A model generated the notes under the pieces. That model made no database searches, was not told where the DNA came from, and was given only the letters and a program-made list of their open reading frames with translations. Both the position numbers and the translations under genes were made by a program. Positions 19,204 through 27,708 of a DNA stretch of 32,000 bases are shown here, piece after piece. How positions within the stretch are numbered: the first letter of the stretch is position 1; each line of letters opens with the position of its first letter. The DNA is from Dickeya solani IPO 2222 (GTDB lineage Bacteria; Pseudomonadota; Gammaproteobacteria; Enterobacterales; Enterobacteriaceae), in NCBI RefSeq assembly GCF_001644705.1, contig NZ_CP015137.1, positions 4,260,001 through 4,292,000 on the forward strand, written 5' to 3'.

Positions 19204-19548
19204 GGAATGTAACTTGTTGTTTACTGGTAAATTATTGATATAAAAAATAATTTAGACTAAATTTACCCCATTACAGGGGTTCCGGCCATGTCTGAACGAC
19301 AACATGATGATAATAAAGGATCGGCCCCATTACTCATTATCCGGCAATGCCCCGAAACAGCGGCGGCATCGTCTGGTATGGCAACGCCATTTTAGTGATT
19401 TCTCCAGCGGACAACCAGCTGATGATGCTGATAAATCATCTCATCGCTGGCTTTTCGTCCCATTAGGGATACCTGCCGCGTCATGATCGATGTGGGCGAC
19501 GATCGTTGCTCGTCATGCGTGGCTTAAGTCTATTTCGGGGAGGCTCAC

Positions 19549-19923
19549 ATGACAGGCAACAACAGAGGTTGGTTGGGCGTGGTCAGTTGTTTTGTCTTGT
19601 TTACGCTGGTGTTTCTCAGTCAGAAGATGCGTATCGCCGGCACGTCGCTGGAAGACGGTTTTCGGGGCGATCCCGGTATGCTGCTGTTTTTGCTGCCGGG
19701 AATGGTGTCGAGCTACCTGTCGCGCAACCGACGATTGCATTATCCCCTGATAGGGGCGTTGGTGGCGATGCCGATCTGCCTGCTAGTGCTGCAGCTGTGG
19801 CAGTTTTCCAGCCTGTCGTTCTGGCAGGAACTGGCTTATGTCAGCAGCGCGGTATTCTGGTGCCTGATGGGCGGGCTGGTTTTTCTGTTCTTGCGAGCGG
19901 TTAGCCGGCACTATTTCCACTAA
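19549..19923 (+). CDS. ybjM: Inner-membrane protein YbjM
   Basis: Colinear with E. coli YbjM as recalled (CCFVLF; LLFF.LPG.V.S; SFWQELA...SAVFWC..G.L.FLF). It is divergent from ybjL and convergent with grxA, as in E. coli. SD GGGGAGG lies upstream. Confidence 0.85.
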   Translation: MTGNNRGWLGVVSCFVLFTLVFLSQKMRIAGTSLEDGFRGDPGMLLFLLPGMVSSYLSRNRRLHYPLIGALVAMPICLLVLQLWQFSSLSFWQELAYVSSAVFWCLMGGLVFLFLRAVSRHYFH

Positions 19924-20026
19924 AGCTTCACTAAAGAAAATGTTTCCGTTAGCGGTGTTTTCGTCGGAAATGTGTTGCCCAGCGGCCTATAACCGTGTGT
20001 CGACGCGCTAGCTGCTATTTTTATGG

Positions 20027-20096
20027 TTATGGCAGAAAAAAATTATGGCAGGAAAACGAACTATGACCGAAAAACAAGTTATGACCGAAAAACAAA
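20027..20096. repeat. Degenerate tandem array (about 4 units of 16-18 bp, TTATGRCMGRAAAACRAR) abutting the ybjM/grxA terminator
   Basis: ttatggcagaaaaaaa (20027-20042), ttatggcaggaaaacgaa (20043-20060), ctatgaccgaaaaacaag (20061-20078) and ttatgaccgaaaaacaaa (20079-20096). The last two copies match at 16 of 18 positions. Confidence 0.8.
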
Positions 20097-20119
20097 AAGG
20101 CGCCGCTGGCGCCTTTTTT
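20094..20119. terminator. Bidirectional rho-independent terminator between the convergent ybjM and grxA genes
   Basis: aaaaaGGCGCCgctGGCGCCtttttt: a GC stem flanked by an A5 run and a T6 run, so it can serve both strands. Confidence 0.85.
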
Positions 20120-20133
20120 GCCGGTAAACGGGA

Positions 20134-20391
20134 TTACTGGAACAGGTTTTCTCTGGCGTAGGCTTCGAAGTCGGTGCAGCCGCCAATGTGGTTTTCATCC
20201 AGGAAAATCTGAGGGACGGTTTCTACCGGTTTACCTACCGTTTTGGACAAATCGGCTTTGGTGATGCCTTCCGCGTGAATATCGATATAACGGTAATTGA
20301 AATCGTCACGCTCTTCGGTCAGTTTGTCAGCCAGCTCTTTGGCGCGGACACAATAAGGACAGCCGGGGCGACCGAAAATAACTGCGTACAT
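20134..20391 (-). CDS. grxA: Glutaredoxin 1
   Basis: An 85-aa protein with the active site CPYC (VIFGRPGCPYCVRAK) and the block GKPVETVPQIF.D..HIGG.TDF, matching E. coli GrxA as recalled. Confidence 0.95.
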   Translation of the reverse strand: MYAVIFGRPGCPYCVRAKELADKLTEERDDFNYRYIDIHAEGITKADLSKTVGKPVETVPQIFLDENHIGGCTDFEAYARENLFQ

Positions 20392-20765
20392 GTGGACTCC
20401 TTACTTTCTAATATTGTCTGGGTTGCCCTGTAATCAGGGAAATACCCACGTTGTAAACGGTTTTTAGCCAACCGCGTTACTATGCCTGCAATCAGGGTTG
20501 ATCTGAAGCAGTCATTACCTGTCATAACGATTAGCGTCATCTATTGCAACCGTGTTCGACGCCAGACATGGCCTAAAATCGCTGGCGGCATTGGTCTGTC
20601 TGACGGTCTGACATATACTTGCCACTTATGCCGAATGGTCGTTTTATCAACAGAACGGCGACGCCGGATGCCGCCGCCGGTACTGTGCTTGTCTGCTCGA
20701 GCTTCGCGCCGGAAAGTGCAGCCGGTGTTGTGTCATCTCAACATTGTGTTTCAGGGATATTCAAC

Positions 20766-21488
20766 GTGACGCCAACCATTTCACTGCTACGCCAACACCG
20801 CTCCATCCGATCGTTTATCGACCAGCCGCTCAGCGACGAGCAGCGTAATGCCATTATCGCCGCCGCACAGAGCGCGTCCACTTCCAGTTTCCTGCAATGC
20901 AGTTCGATTATCCGCATTACCGAGCCCGCATTGCGCTCGCAACTGGTGCACCTGACCGGCGAACAGCCTTGGGTCGGGCAGGCGGCGGAGTTCTGGGTGT
21001 TCTGCGCCGATTTTCATCGTCACCAGCAGATTTATCCGCAAGCGGAACTGGGGCTGGCGGAGCAGTTGCTGCTCGGCTGCGTTGATACCGCGCTGATGGG
21101 GCAGAATGCGCTGGTGGCGGCGGAATCGCTCGGATTGGGCGGCGTCTTCATCGGCGGCATTCGTAATCAGATCGCCGAAGTCACCCGGTTGCTGGCGTTG
21201 CCGCAGCAGGTATTGCCGCTGTTCGGGCTGTGTTTGGGGTATCCGGCCGCGCAACCCGATCTTAAACCGCGTCTGCCGGCGGCACTGGTGGTGCATGAGA
21301 ACCGCTATCAGCCGCTGGATCACGCTTTGCTGGCGGAATATGACCAGCATATCGTCGAGTATTACCGTCACCGCGACAGCAATCAGCGTATGGAAAGCTG
21401 GAGCGACCAAATCCGACGCACCCTGAGCAAGGAACGTCGCCCGTTCATGCTGGACTACCTGCTACAGCAGGGCTGGGCCACCCGATAG
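20766..21488 (+). CDS. nfsA: Oxygen-insensitive NADPH nitroreductase NfsA
   Basis: A GTG start at 20766 gives (V/M)TPTISLLRQHRSIRSF..., 240 aa, colinear with E. coli NfsA (MTPTIELICGHRSIRHF, 240 aa as recalled). AGGGA lies 8 nt upstream. The 49-codon N-terminal extension in the ORF track (from 20619) has no homologue counterpart. Confidence 0.9.
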   Translation: MTPTISLLRQHRSIRSFIDQPLSDEQRNAIIAAAQSASTSSFLQCSSIIRITEPALRSQLVHLTGEQPWVGQAAEFWVFCADFHRHQQIYPQAELGLAEQLLLGCVDTALMGQNALVAAESLGLGGVFIGGIRNQIAEVTRLLALPQQVLPLFGLCLGYPAAQPDLKPRLPAALVVHENRYQPLDHALLAEYDQHIVEYYRHRDSNQRMESWSDQIRRTLSKERRPFMLDYLLQQGWATR

Positions 21489-21500
21489 CACCGGAGCGCT

Positions 21501-22403
21501 ATGAAAATCGCCATTCTGTCACAGGACGGTTCTCTCTATTCTTGCAAGCGGCTATGCGAAGCGGCGGAGGAGCGACAGCACAGCATCGAGGTGATCAACC
21601 CGTTGTCGTGCTATATGAACATTAACTCGGCCGCGCCGTCTGTTCATTATCGAGGGCGCCAGCTGGACCAGTATGACGCAGTTATTCCGCGGATCGGGGC
21701 GGCGATTACCTTTTATGGCACGGCCGTGCTGCGCCAGTTTGAAATGTTGGGCAGCGTCGTGCTGAATAACGCCATGTCGGTGATCCGCGCCCGGGACAAA
21801 CTGCATTCGCTGCAATTGCTGGCCCGTCAGGGTATTGATTTGCCGATTACCGGTTTTGCGCACTCGCCGGACGATACCGCCGACCTGATCAAGATGGTCG
21901 GCGGCGCGCCGCTGGTGGTGAAACTGGTGGAGGGCACGCAGGGAATCGGGGTGGTATTGGCGGAAACCCATCAGGCGGCGGAAAGCGTCATTGATGCCTT
22001 TCGCGGTCTCAATGCCCACATTCTGGTGCAAGAATATGTCAGTGAGGCGCAGGGCAAGGATATTCGCTGTCTGGTGGTCGGCGAACGGGTGGTCGCGGCG
22101 ATCGAACGACAGGCTAAACCGGGCGATTTTCGCTCCAACCTGCATCGGGGCGGGTCGGCCAGCCGGGTGCGGATCACGCCGCAGGAGCGCGCAATTGCGG
22201 TCAAGGCCGCAAAAACATTAGGACTCAATGTAGCGGGTGTTGATATACTGCGGTCGGCGCGCGGGCCTCTGGTCATGGAGGTCAACGCCTCGCCCGGGCT
22301 GGAAGGCATTGAAACCACCACCGGGCTGGATATCGCCGGGATGATGATCGACTACATTGAGCACCATCTCCGTGCGGTATCCCGTTCAGTCAGGGCAGGT
22401 TGA
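21501..22403 (+). CDS. rimK: Ribosomal protein S6 L-glutamate ligase RimK (ATP-grasp)
   Basis: A 300-aa protein highly similar to E. coli RimK as recalled (MKIAILS.DG.LYSCKRL; [45 protein letters not shown]; [17 protein letters not shown]). Confidence 0.96.
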   Translation: MKIAILSQDGSLYSCKRLCEAAEERQHSIEVINPLSCYMNINSAAPSVHYRGRQLDQYDAVIPRIGAAITFYGTAVLRQFEMLGSVVLNNAMSVIRARDKLHSLQLLARQGIDLPITGFAHSPDDTADLIKMVGGAPLVVKLVEGTQGIGVVLAETHQAAESVIDAFRGLNAHILVQEYVSEAQGKDIRCLVVGERVVAAIERQAKPGDFRSNLHRGGSASRVRITPQERAIAVKAAKTLGLNVAGVDILRSARGPLVMEVNASPGLEGIETTTGLDIAGMMIDYIEHHLRAVSRSVRAG

Positions 22404-22544
22404 ATGCCCGGAGTGAGCCCCGTCTTTTAGGCGCGCAGGCGCGCCGTCGTGGTCAATCAGCGATGAGGATTGGCCTGCTATTCCTGGGTTAGGCATTGCG
22501 TAGGTCAGGTTTTTTTATCATCCATGAAATATGAGGCGATCAAG

Positions 22545-23024
22545 ATGGATTCAATCATCGTCCCTGATTTGAATTTGCTTCGGCGGTGGCTGGATCAACT
22601 GGGCATCATTTACTTCGAGTGCGACTCTTGTCAGGCTTTGCATCTGCCGCACATGCAGAATTTTGACGGCGTGTTCGACGCCAAGATCGACATGGCCGAC
22701 AGCGTTATCCTGTTCTCCGCGCTGGCGGAAGTGAAACCGACCGCATTGATTCCGTTGGCGGGCAATCTGAGCCAGATCAACGCCAGTTCGCTGACCGCCA
22801 AGGCGTTTCTCGATATTCAGGACGACAACCTGCCTAAATTGATCGTTTGCCAGACATTTAGCGCCGGCGCCGGTATCACACTAGAGCAGTTCCGCCATTT
22901 CATGCAGCAAGCCGAACAGCAGATCTCTATGGTTATCATGGAAGCCAGCGCCAATAATCTGCTGTTTTTGGGCGATGAGGAAGAGAGCCCTGCTGAGCAT
23001 TCTAACACCTCAAGCCTGCACTGA
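22545..23024 (+). CDS. ybjN: YbjN (putative sensory transduction regulator / chaperone-like protein family)
   Basis: The start is trimmed to ATG 22545 (GAGG 8 nt upstream). Colinear with E. coli YbjN as recalled (FECD.CQALHLPHMQNFDGVFDAKID; KAFLD.QDDNLPKL.VCQ; EQISMVI.EA). Confidence 0.92.
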   Translation: MDSIIVPDLNLLRRWLDQLGIIYFECDSCQALHLPHMQNFDGVFDAKIDMADSVILFSALAEVKPTALIPLAGNLSQINASSLTAKAFLDIQDDNLPKLIVCQTFSAGAGITLEQFRHFMQQAEQQISMVIMEASANNLLFLGDEEESPAEHSNTSSLH

Positions 23025-23041
23025 TTGCGTTATGAATCAAT

Positions 23042-23068
23042 AGCTGACCATCAGCTTTTCTTATTTTT
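23042..23068 (+). terminator. First of two tandem terminator hairpins after ybjN
   Basis: agctga (23042-23047) pairs with tcagct (23051-23056), followed by tttcttattttt. Confidence 0.55.
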
Positions 23069-23072
23069 AGCA

Positions 23073-23096
23073 AACCGCATTTAATGCGGTTTTTTA
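23073..23096 (+). terminator. Rho-independent terminator after ybjN (end of the nfsA-rimK-ybjN unit)
   Basis: aaccgcat (23073-23080) pairs with atgcggtt (23084-23091), running into a T-run (ggttttttatt). Confidence 0.8.
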
Positions 23097-23409
23097 TTGT
23101 CTAAGCCAGATGTTTTTCTATGTTTATCGTTTCAGGACGCAGCACATAGATAGATTGTGAATAAATAATCGATAAAACCTGTTTTTTGTGTTCCGGTATG
23201 GTGCGGGCGTAACAGTGCGGTTATGCTTTATTTCTGTATGGTTCAGAGAATAACGTCGCGGTTGGTTGTGCTTTAACGATGAAAAAAGCGGGTGCATAGC
23301 CATTCATCGCGCCGTGATTCTGAGGCCGGAGAAACAAAGAGCGGTGTTGTTTCCAGGCACCGTACATTCACCCCCCTATATTTACCCCCTGGTATGGAGG
23401 AAGGAACGG

Positions 23410-24519
23410 ATGTTCACCCAACGTAAAAAATGGCTTTCGGGTGCTTTAACCGGCTTGATGATGGCCGCGTCCGTCACCGCATCTGCGGAAGAGAAAACGC
23501 TGCACGTCTATAACTGGTCTGATTATATCGCGCCGGACACACTGGAGAATTTCCAGAAAGAGAGCGGTATTAAAGTCGTGTATGACGTGTTTGACTCCAA
23601 CGAAGTGCTGGAAGGCAAACTGATGGCCGGCAGCACGGGGTTCGATCTGGTGGTGCCTTCCGCCAGCTTCCTGGGGCGCCAGATCAGTGCCGGTGTCTTT
23701 CAGCCGCTGGATAAGAGCAAACTGCCGAACTATAAAAACCTCGATCCCGAACTGATGAAACTGATCGAGGAACACGATCCGGGCCATAAATATGCGGTGC
23801 CGTATCTGTGGGCCACCACCGGTATTGGCTACAACGTGGATAAGGTAAAAGCGGTACTGGGTAAAGACGCGCCGGTCAACAGCTGGGATCTGGTGTTGAA
23901 ACCGGAAAACCTGGAAAAGCTGAAGAGCTGCGGCGTCTCCTTCCTGGACGCACCGGCTGAGATTTACGCCACGGTGCTCAACTACCAGGGCAAAAATCCG
24001 AACAGCACCAATGAAGCCGATTACACCAAAGACGCGACCGACCTGCTGTTGAAGCTGCGTCCGAGCGTGCGTTATTTCCACTCGTCCCAGTACATCAACG
24101 ATCTGGCGAATGGCGATATTTGCGTGGCTATCGGCTGGGCCGGCGACGTCATGCAGGCTGCCAACCGTGCCAAAGACGCGAAAAACGGCGTGAACATCAG
24201 CTACAGCATTCCGAAGGAAGGGGCGCTGGCGTTCTTTGACGTGTTCGCGATTCCGAAAGACGCCAAAAACCTGGATTCAGCCTATCAGTTCCTCAACTAT
24301 CTGCTGAAACCGGACGTGATTGCCAACGTCAGTAACCATGTGTATTACGCTAACCCTAACAAGGAAGCGACGGCGCTGGTGAAAGAAGAGGTGCGTAACA
24401 ACCCGAACATTTATCCGCCTGCGGATATTCGTGCCAAGTTGTTTACGCTCAAGGTGCAGTCACCGAAAATCGATCGCGTGATTACACGCTCGTGGACCAA
24501 GGTAAAAAGCGGGAAATAA
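23410..24519 (+). CDS. potF: Putrescine ABC transporter periplasmic binding protein PotF
   Basis: The start is trimmed to ATG 23410 (SD GGAGGAAGGA). A signal peptide is present (MFTQRKKWLSGALTGLMMAASVTASA). About 85% identity by eye to E. coli PotF as recalled (KTLH.YNWSDYIAPDT; GVSFLDAP; RYFHSSQYINDLANGDICVAIGWAGDV). Confidence 0.96.
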   Translation: MFTQRKKWLSGALTGLMMAASVTASAEEKTLHVYNWSDYIAPDTLENFQKESGIKVVYDVFDSNEVLEGKLMAGSTGFDLVVPSASFLGRQISAGVFQPLDKSKLPNYKNLDPELMKLIEEHDPGHKYAVPYLWATTGIGYNVDKVKAVLGKDAPVNSWDLVLKPENLEKLKSCGVSFLDAPAEIYATVLNYQGKNPNSTNEADYTKDATDLLLKLRPSVRYFHSSQYINDLANGDICVAIGWAGDVMQAANRAKDAKNGVNISYSIPKEGALAFFDVFAIPKDAKNLDSAYQFLNYLLKPDVIANVSNHVYYANPNKEATALVKEEVRNNPNIYPPADIRAKLFTLKVQSPKIDRVITRSWTKVKSGK

Positions 24520-24545
24520 CCGCCACCTTTGATTCCACTTCATGC

Positions 24546-24615
24546 AACAGGCGGCTCAACCCCGCCTGTTTGTGCTATTTGTGTCGCAGTCATGTGGCTG
24601 CGACTTTGTTCTGCT
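24546..24615 (+). terminator. Two hairpins with U-rich tails in the potF-potG spacer, a probable partial terminator/attenuator
   Basis: Hairpin 1: aacaggcgg (24546-24554) pairs with ccgcctgtt (24562-24570), then tgtgctatttgtg. Hairpin 2: gtcgcag (24583-24589) pairs with ctgcgac (24598-24604), then tttgttctgcttctg. Confidence 0.55.
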
Positions 24616-24636
24616 TCTGCCGGAGAGCAATATTAA

Positions 24637-25770
24637 GTGAACGAAGCGATTCCCCGCCCCCAGCCCAAGCCTCAGAAAGCGGCCACGCCGTTGCTGGAAG
24701 TGCGTAACCTGACCAAATCTTATGACGGCCAGTTCGCGGTTGATGATGTCAGCCTGACCATCTATAAAGGCGAGATTTTTGCCCTGTTGGGCGCCTCGGG
24801 GTGTGGCAAATCCACGCTGCTGCGTATGCTGGCGGGTTTTGAGCAGCCTACTCAGGGGCAGATTGTGCTGGACGGGCAGGACCTGTCTCTGGTGCCGCCT
24901 TATCAGCGGCCGATCAACATGATGTTTCAGTCTTACGCGCTGTTCCCGCATATGACGGTGGAGAAGAATATCGCCTTTGGCCTGAAACAGGACAAGCTGT
25001 CGCGTGGCGAAATCAAAGACCGCGTGGAAGAGATGCTGACGCTGGTGCATATGCAGGAATTTGCCGGGCGCAAACCGCATCAGCTTTCCGGCGGGCAGCG
25101 CCAACGCGTGGCGCTGGCGCGCAGCCTGGCTAAACGCCCTAAGCTGCTGTTGCTGGACGAGCCAATGGGTGCGCTGGATAAAAAACTGCGCGACCGTATG
25201 CAACTGGAAGTGGTCGACATCCTGGAGCGGGTAGGGGTGACCTGTGTGATGGTCACGCACGATCAGGAAGAAGCCATGACCATGGCGGGCCGTATCGCCA
25301 TCATGAACCGTGGTAAATTCGTGCAGATTGGCGAGCCGGAAGAGATCTATGAAAACCCGAACAGCCGTTTCAGCGCCGAGTTCATCGGCTCGGTTAATAT
25401 GTTCGACGGGCTGTTGACTGAGCGTCAGGACGATGCGCTGATTGTGCAGAGTCCGGGGCTGGTGCATCCGCTGAAGGTCAACTCCGATGTCTCGGTGGTG
25501 GACGGTGTACCGGTCTATATCGCGCTGCGTCCGGAAAAGATCATGCTGTGCGACGAGGTGCCGGCGGACGGCTGCAACTTTGCCGTGGGCGAAGTGGTGC
25601 ACATCGCTTATCTGGGCGATCTCTCTATTTACCATGTCCGGCTGAACAGCGGTCAGATCATCAGCGCCCAGTTGCAAAACGCCGACCGGTTCCGCAAAGG
25701 TTCGCCCACCTGGGGGGATGAAGTCCGCCTGTGCTGGGATGCGGACAGCTGTGTGGTGTTGACGGTGTAA
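24637..25770 (+). CDS. potG: Putrescine ABC transporter ATP-binding protein PotG
   Basis: The GTG start at 24637 gives MNEAIPRPQPKP... (E. coli PotG starts MNDAIPRPQAK as recalled). Walker A GASGCGKST, signature LSGGQRQRVALARS and Walker B LLLLDEP are present. The sequence is near-identical throughout. Confidence 0.95.
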   Translation: MNEAIPRPQPKPQKAATPLLEVRNLTKSYDGQFAVDDVSLTIYKGEIFALLGASGCGKSTLLRMLAGFEQPTQGQIVLDGQDLSLVPPYQRPINMMFQSYALFPHMTVEKNIAFGLKQDKLSRGEIKDRVEEMLTLVHMQEFAGRKPHQLSGGQRQRVALARSLAKRPKLLLLDEPMGALDKKLRDRMQLEVVDILERVGVTCVMVTHDQEEAMTMAGRIAIMNRGKFVQIGEPEEIYENPNSRFSAEFIGSVNMFDGLLTERQDDALIVQSPGLVHPLKVNSDVSVVDGVPVYIALRPEKIMLCDEVPADGCNFAVGEVVHIAYLGDLSIYHVRLNSGQIISAQLQNADRFRKGSPTWGDEVRLCWDADSCVVLTV

Positions 25771-25784
25771 CGGGGGAAGACGCA

Positions 25785-26744
25785 ATGGCGATGTTATCTG
25801 AACAACATGAACCGCCGGGCCAGCCGATGAGCCCGCTACGGGCTACGCTGGCGCGGCTGCGTCTGGCGCATGGCCGCAAGCTGGTGATCGCGCTGCCGTA
25901 TCTGTGGTTATTGTGCCTGTTTATGCTGCCGTTCCTGATCGTCTTCAAGATCAGTTTCGCAGAAATGGCGCGCACCGTGCCGCCTTATACCGATCTGCTG
26001 GAGTGGGCGGAGAACCGGCTGCAAATCAGCCTGAATATCGGCAACTATCTGCAACTGCTGTCCGACCCGCTGTACATCGACGCTTACCTGCAATCGCTGA
26101 AGGTCGCGGCGATTTCGACCCTGTGCTGTCTGGCGGTGGGATATCCGATGGCCTGGGCGGTGGCGCACAGCAAGTCGTCCACCCGCAATATTCTGTTGCT
26201 GCTGGTGATCCTGCCGTCATGGACCTCGTTCCTGATCCGCGTGTACGCCTGGATGGGAATTCTGAAAGACAACGGCATCCTGAATAATTTCCTGCTCTGG
26301 CTGGGGGTTATCGATCAGCCGCTGGTGATCCTGCATACCAATCTGGCGGTATACATCGGCGTGGTCTATTCCTATCTGCCGTTCATGGTGCTGCCGATTT
26401 ACACCGCGCTGACCCGCCTTGATTATTCGCTGGTGGAGGCGTCGCTGGATTTGGGCGCGCGCCCGGTAAGGACCTTCTTCAGCGTGATTGTGCCGCTGAC
26501 TAAAGGCGGCATCATCGCCGGGTCGATGCTGGTGTTTATTCCAACCGTCGGCGAGTACGTGATTCCCGAGCTGCTGGGCGGGCCGGACAGCATCATGATC
26601 GGTCGTATCCTGTGGCAGGAGTTCTTCAATAACCGCGACTGGCCGGTAGCGTCGGCGGTGGCGATGGTGATGCTGTTCCTGTTGATTATTCCGATCATCT
26701 GGTTCCATAAACATCAGAATAAAGCTGCGGAGGATCAGGCATGA
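25785..26744 (+). CDS. potH: Putrescine ABC transporter permease PotH
   Basis: The start is trimmed to ATG 25785 (GGGGGAAG upstream, 15 nt after the potG stop). Near-identical blocks to E. coli PotH as recalled include HGRKLVIALPY.WL; ILLLLVILPSWTSFLIRVYAWMGILK; LDLGARP..TFF.VIVPLTKGGIIAGSMLVFIP. Confidence 0.95.
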   Translation: MAMLSEQHEPPGQPMSPLRATLARLRLAHGRKLVIALPYLWLLCLFMLPFLIVFKISFAEMARTVPPYTDLLEWAENRLQISLNIGNYLQLLSDPLYIDAYLQSLKVAAISTLCCLAVGYPMAWAVAHSKSSTRNILLLLVILPSWTSFLIRVYAWMGILKDNGILNNFLLWLGVIDQPLVILHTNLAVYIGVVYSYLPFMVLPIYTALTRLDYSLVEASLDLGARPVRTFFSVIVPLTKGGIIAGSMLVFIPTVGEYVIPELLGGPDSIMIGRILWQEFFNNRDWPVASAVAMVMLFLLIIPIIWFHKHQNKAAEDQA

Positions 26745-27586
26745 ACAATTTACCGGTCGTGCGTTCGCCGTGGCGGACACTGATTCTGGTGCTGGGATTC
26801 GGTTTCCTGTATGCGCCGATGCTGATGCTGGTGATTTACTCCTTCAACAGTTCCCGTCTGGTGACGGTGTGGGCCGGTTGGTCCACCCAGTGGTATAGCG
26901 CGTTGTTCGAGGATTCGGCGATGATCAGCGCGGTGGTGCTCAGCCTGACTATCGCGGCGGCGTCGGCCACCATGGCGGTGGTGCTGGGAACGTTGGCGGC
27001 GGTGGTGATGGTGCGTTTCGGTAATTTCCGCGGCTCCAACGGCTTTGCCTTCATGCTGACCGCGCCGTTGGTTATGCCGGACGTGATCACCGGGTTATCG
27101 CTGTTGCTGCTGTTTGTGTCGCTGGCACAGGCCATCGGCTGGCCGGCGGAACGCGGTATGCTGACCATCTGGCTGGCGCACGTCACCTTCTGTTCGGCTT
27201 ATGTCACCGTGGTCATCAGCGCCCGTCTGCGTGAGATGGATCATTCGATTGAAGAAGCGGCGATGGATCTGGGTGCGACGCCGCTGAAAGTGTTCTTCAT
27301 CATTACCGTGCCGATGATTGCGCCGGCGCTGGTTTCCGGCTGGCTGCTGGCCTTTACTCTGTCGCTGGATGATCTGGTGATTGCCAGCTTCGTTTCCGGT
27401 CCCGGCGCCACCACCTTGCCGATGCTGGTCTTTTCCAGCGTAAGAATGGGCGTTAACCCGCAGATTAACGCGCTGGCATCCCTGATATTGTTGGTGGTAG
27501 GCGTTATCGGTTTGATTGCCTGGTGGTTTATGGCCCGGGCGGAAAAGCAGCGTCAGCGCGATTTGCAAAAAGCAAGACGCGGCTGA
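26741..27586 (+). CDS. potI: Putrescine ABC transporter permease PotI
   Basis: MNNLPVVRSPWR... is near-identical to E. coli PotI as recalled. An ATGA overlap with the potH stop indicates translational coupling. Confidence 0.96.
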   Translation: MNNLPVVRSPWRTLILVLGFGFLYAPMLMLVIYSFNSSRLVTVWAGWSTQWYSALFEDSAMISAVVLSLTIAAASATMAVVLGTLAAVVMVRFGNFRGSNGFAFMLTAPLVMPDVITGLSLLLLFVSLAQAIGWPAERGMLTIWLAHVTFCSAYVTVVISARLREMDHSIEEAAMDLGATPLKVFFIITVPMIAPALVSGWLLAFTLSLDDLVIASFVSGPGATTLPMLVFSSVRMGVNPQINALASLILLVVGVIGLIAWWFMARAEKQRQRDLQKARRG

Positions 27587-27708
27587 CGGCGGCGCTTCCG
27601 CCCTGTATTTGCCAATTCTCGCCACGCCGCCATACTTTCTGGGGGCGTGGTGATTTCAGGGGGAGCGCAATCATACTGTACGGTAAGCGGGAGCTGCTGC
27701 AGCGGGGC

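Noticed and set aside
19288-19470. Small ORFs in the ybjL-ybjM divergent spacer: 34 aa on the + strand at 19288-19392 and 23 aa on the - strand near 19400-19470
   Set aside because: They have no SD sequences and no recognisable similarity. The region is the expected divergent promoter DNA, so the evidence is insufficient.
20430-20520. Possible OxyR site in the grxA promoter (CTAT/ATCA/TCTG/CATT at 11-bp spacing) and the small palindrome ccctgtaatcaggg
   Set aside because: The tetrads match the ATAG-N7-CTAT-N7-ATAG-N7-CTAT pattern poorly. The palindrome has only a 5-bp stem. Neither can be supported from sequence alone.
20482-20769. 95-aa ORF in the position where E. coli has ybjC
   Set aside because: The sequence (MPAIRVDLKQSLPVITISVIYCNRVRRQTWPK...) has no transmembrane segments and no resemblance to YbjC. 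It lacks an SD and runs into the nfsA start, so it is most likely non-coding.
22483-22516. Imperfect hairpin followed by T7 between rimK and ybjN, and the GC palindrome ggcgcgcaggcgcgcc at 22428-22443
   Set aside because: The stem before the T7 run has only about 6 Watson-Crick pairs plus wobbles and mismatches. The GC palindrome has a 2-nt loop and no U-tract. One of them may be a weak attenuator, but I cannot support a call.
23355-23370. Possible sigma54 promoter upstream of potF (AGGCAC-N5-ATTCA)
   Set aside because: The -24 GG element is present, but the essential -12 GC dinucleotide is replaced (TTCA instead of TTGCA). The match is too weak to call without a PWM score.
27587-27660. Short hairpins after potI (ggcgg/ccgcc at 27588-27602; ccacgcc/ggcgtgg at about 27623-27650)
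   Set aside because: The stems are only 5-7 bp with weak or absent U-tracts. ybjO is probably co-transcribed with potFGHI, as in E. coli.
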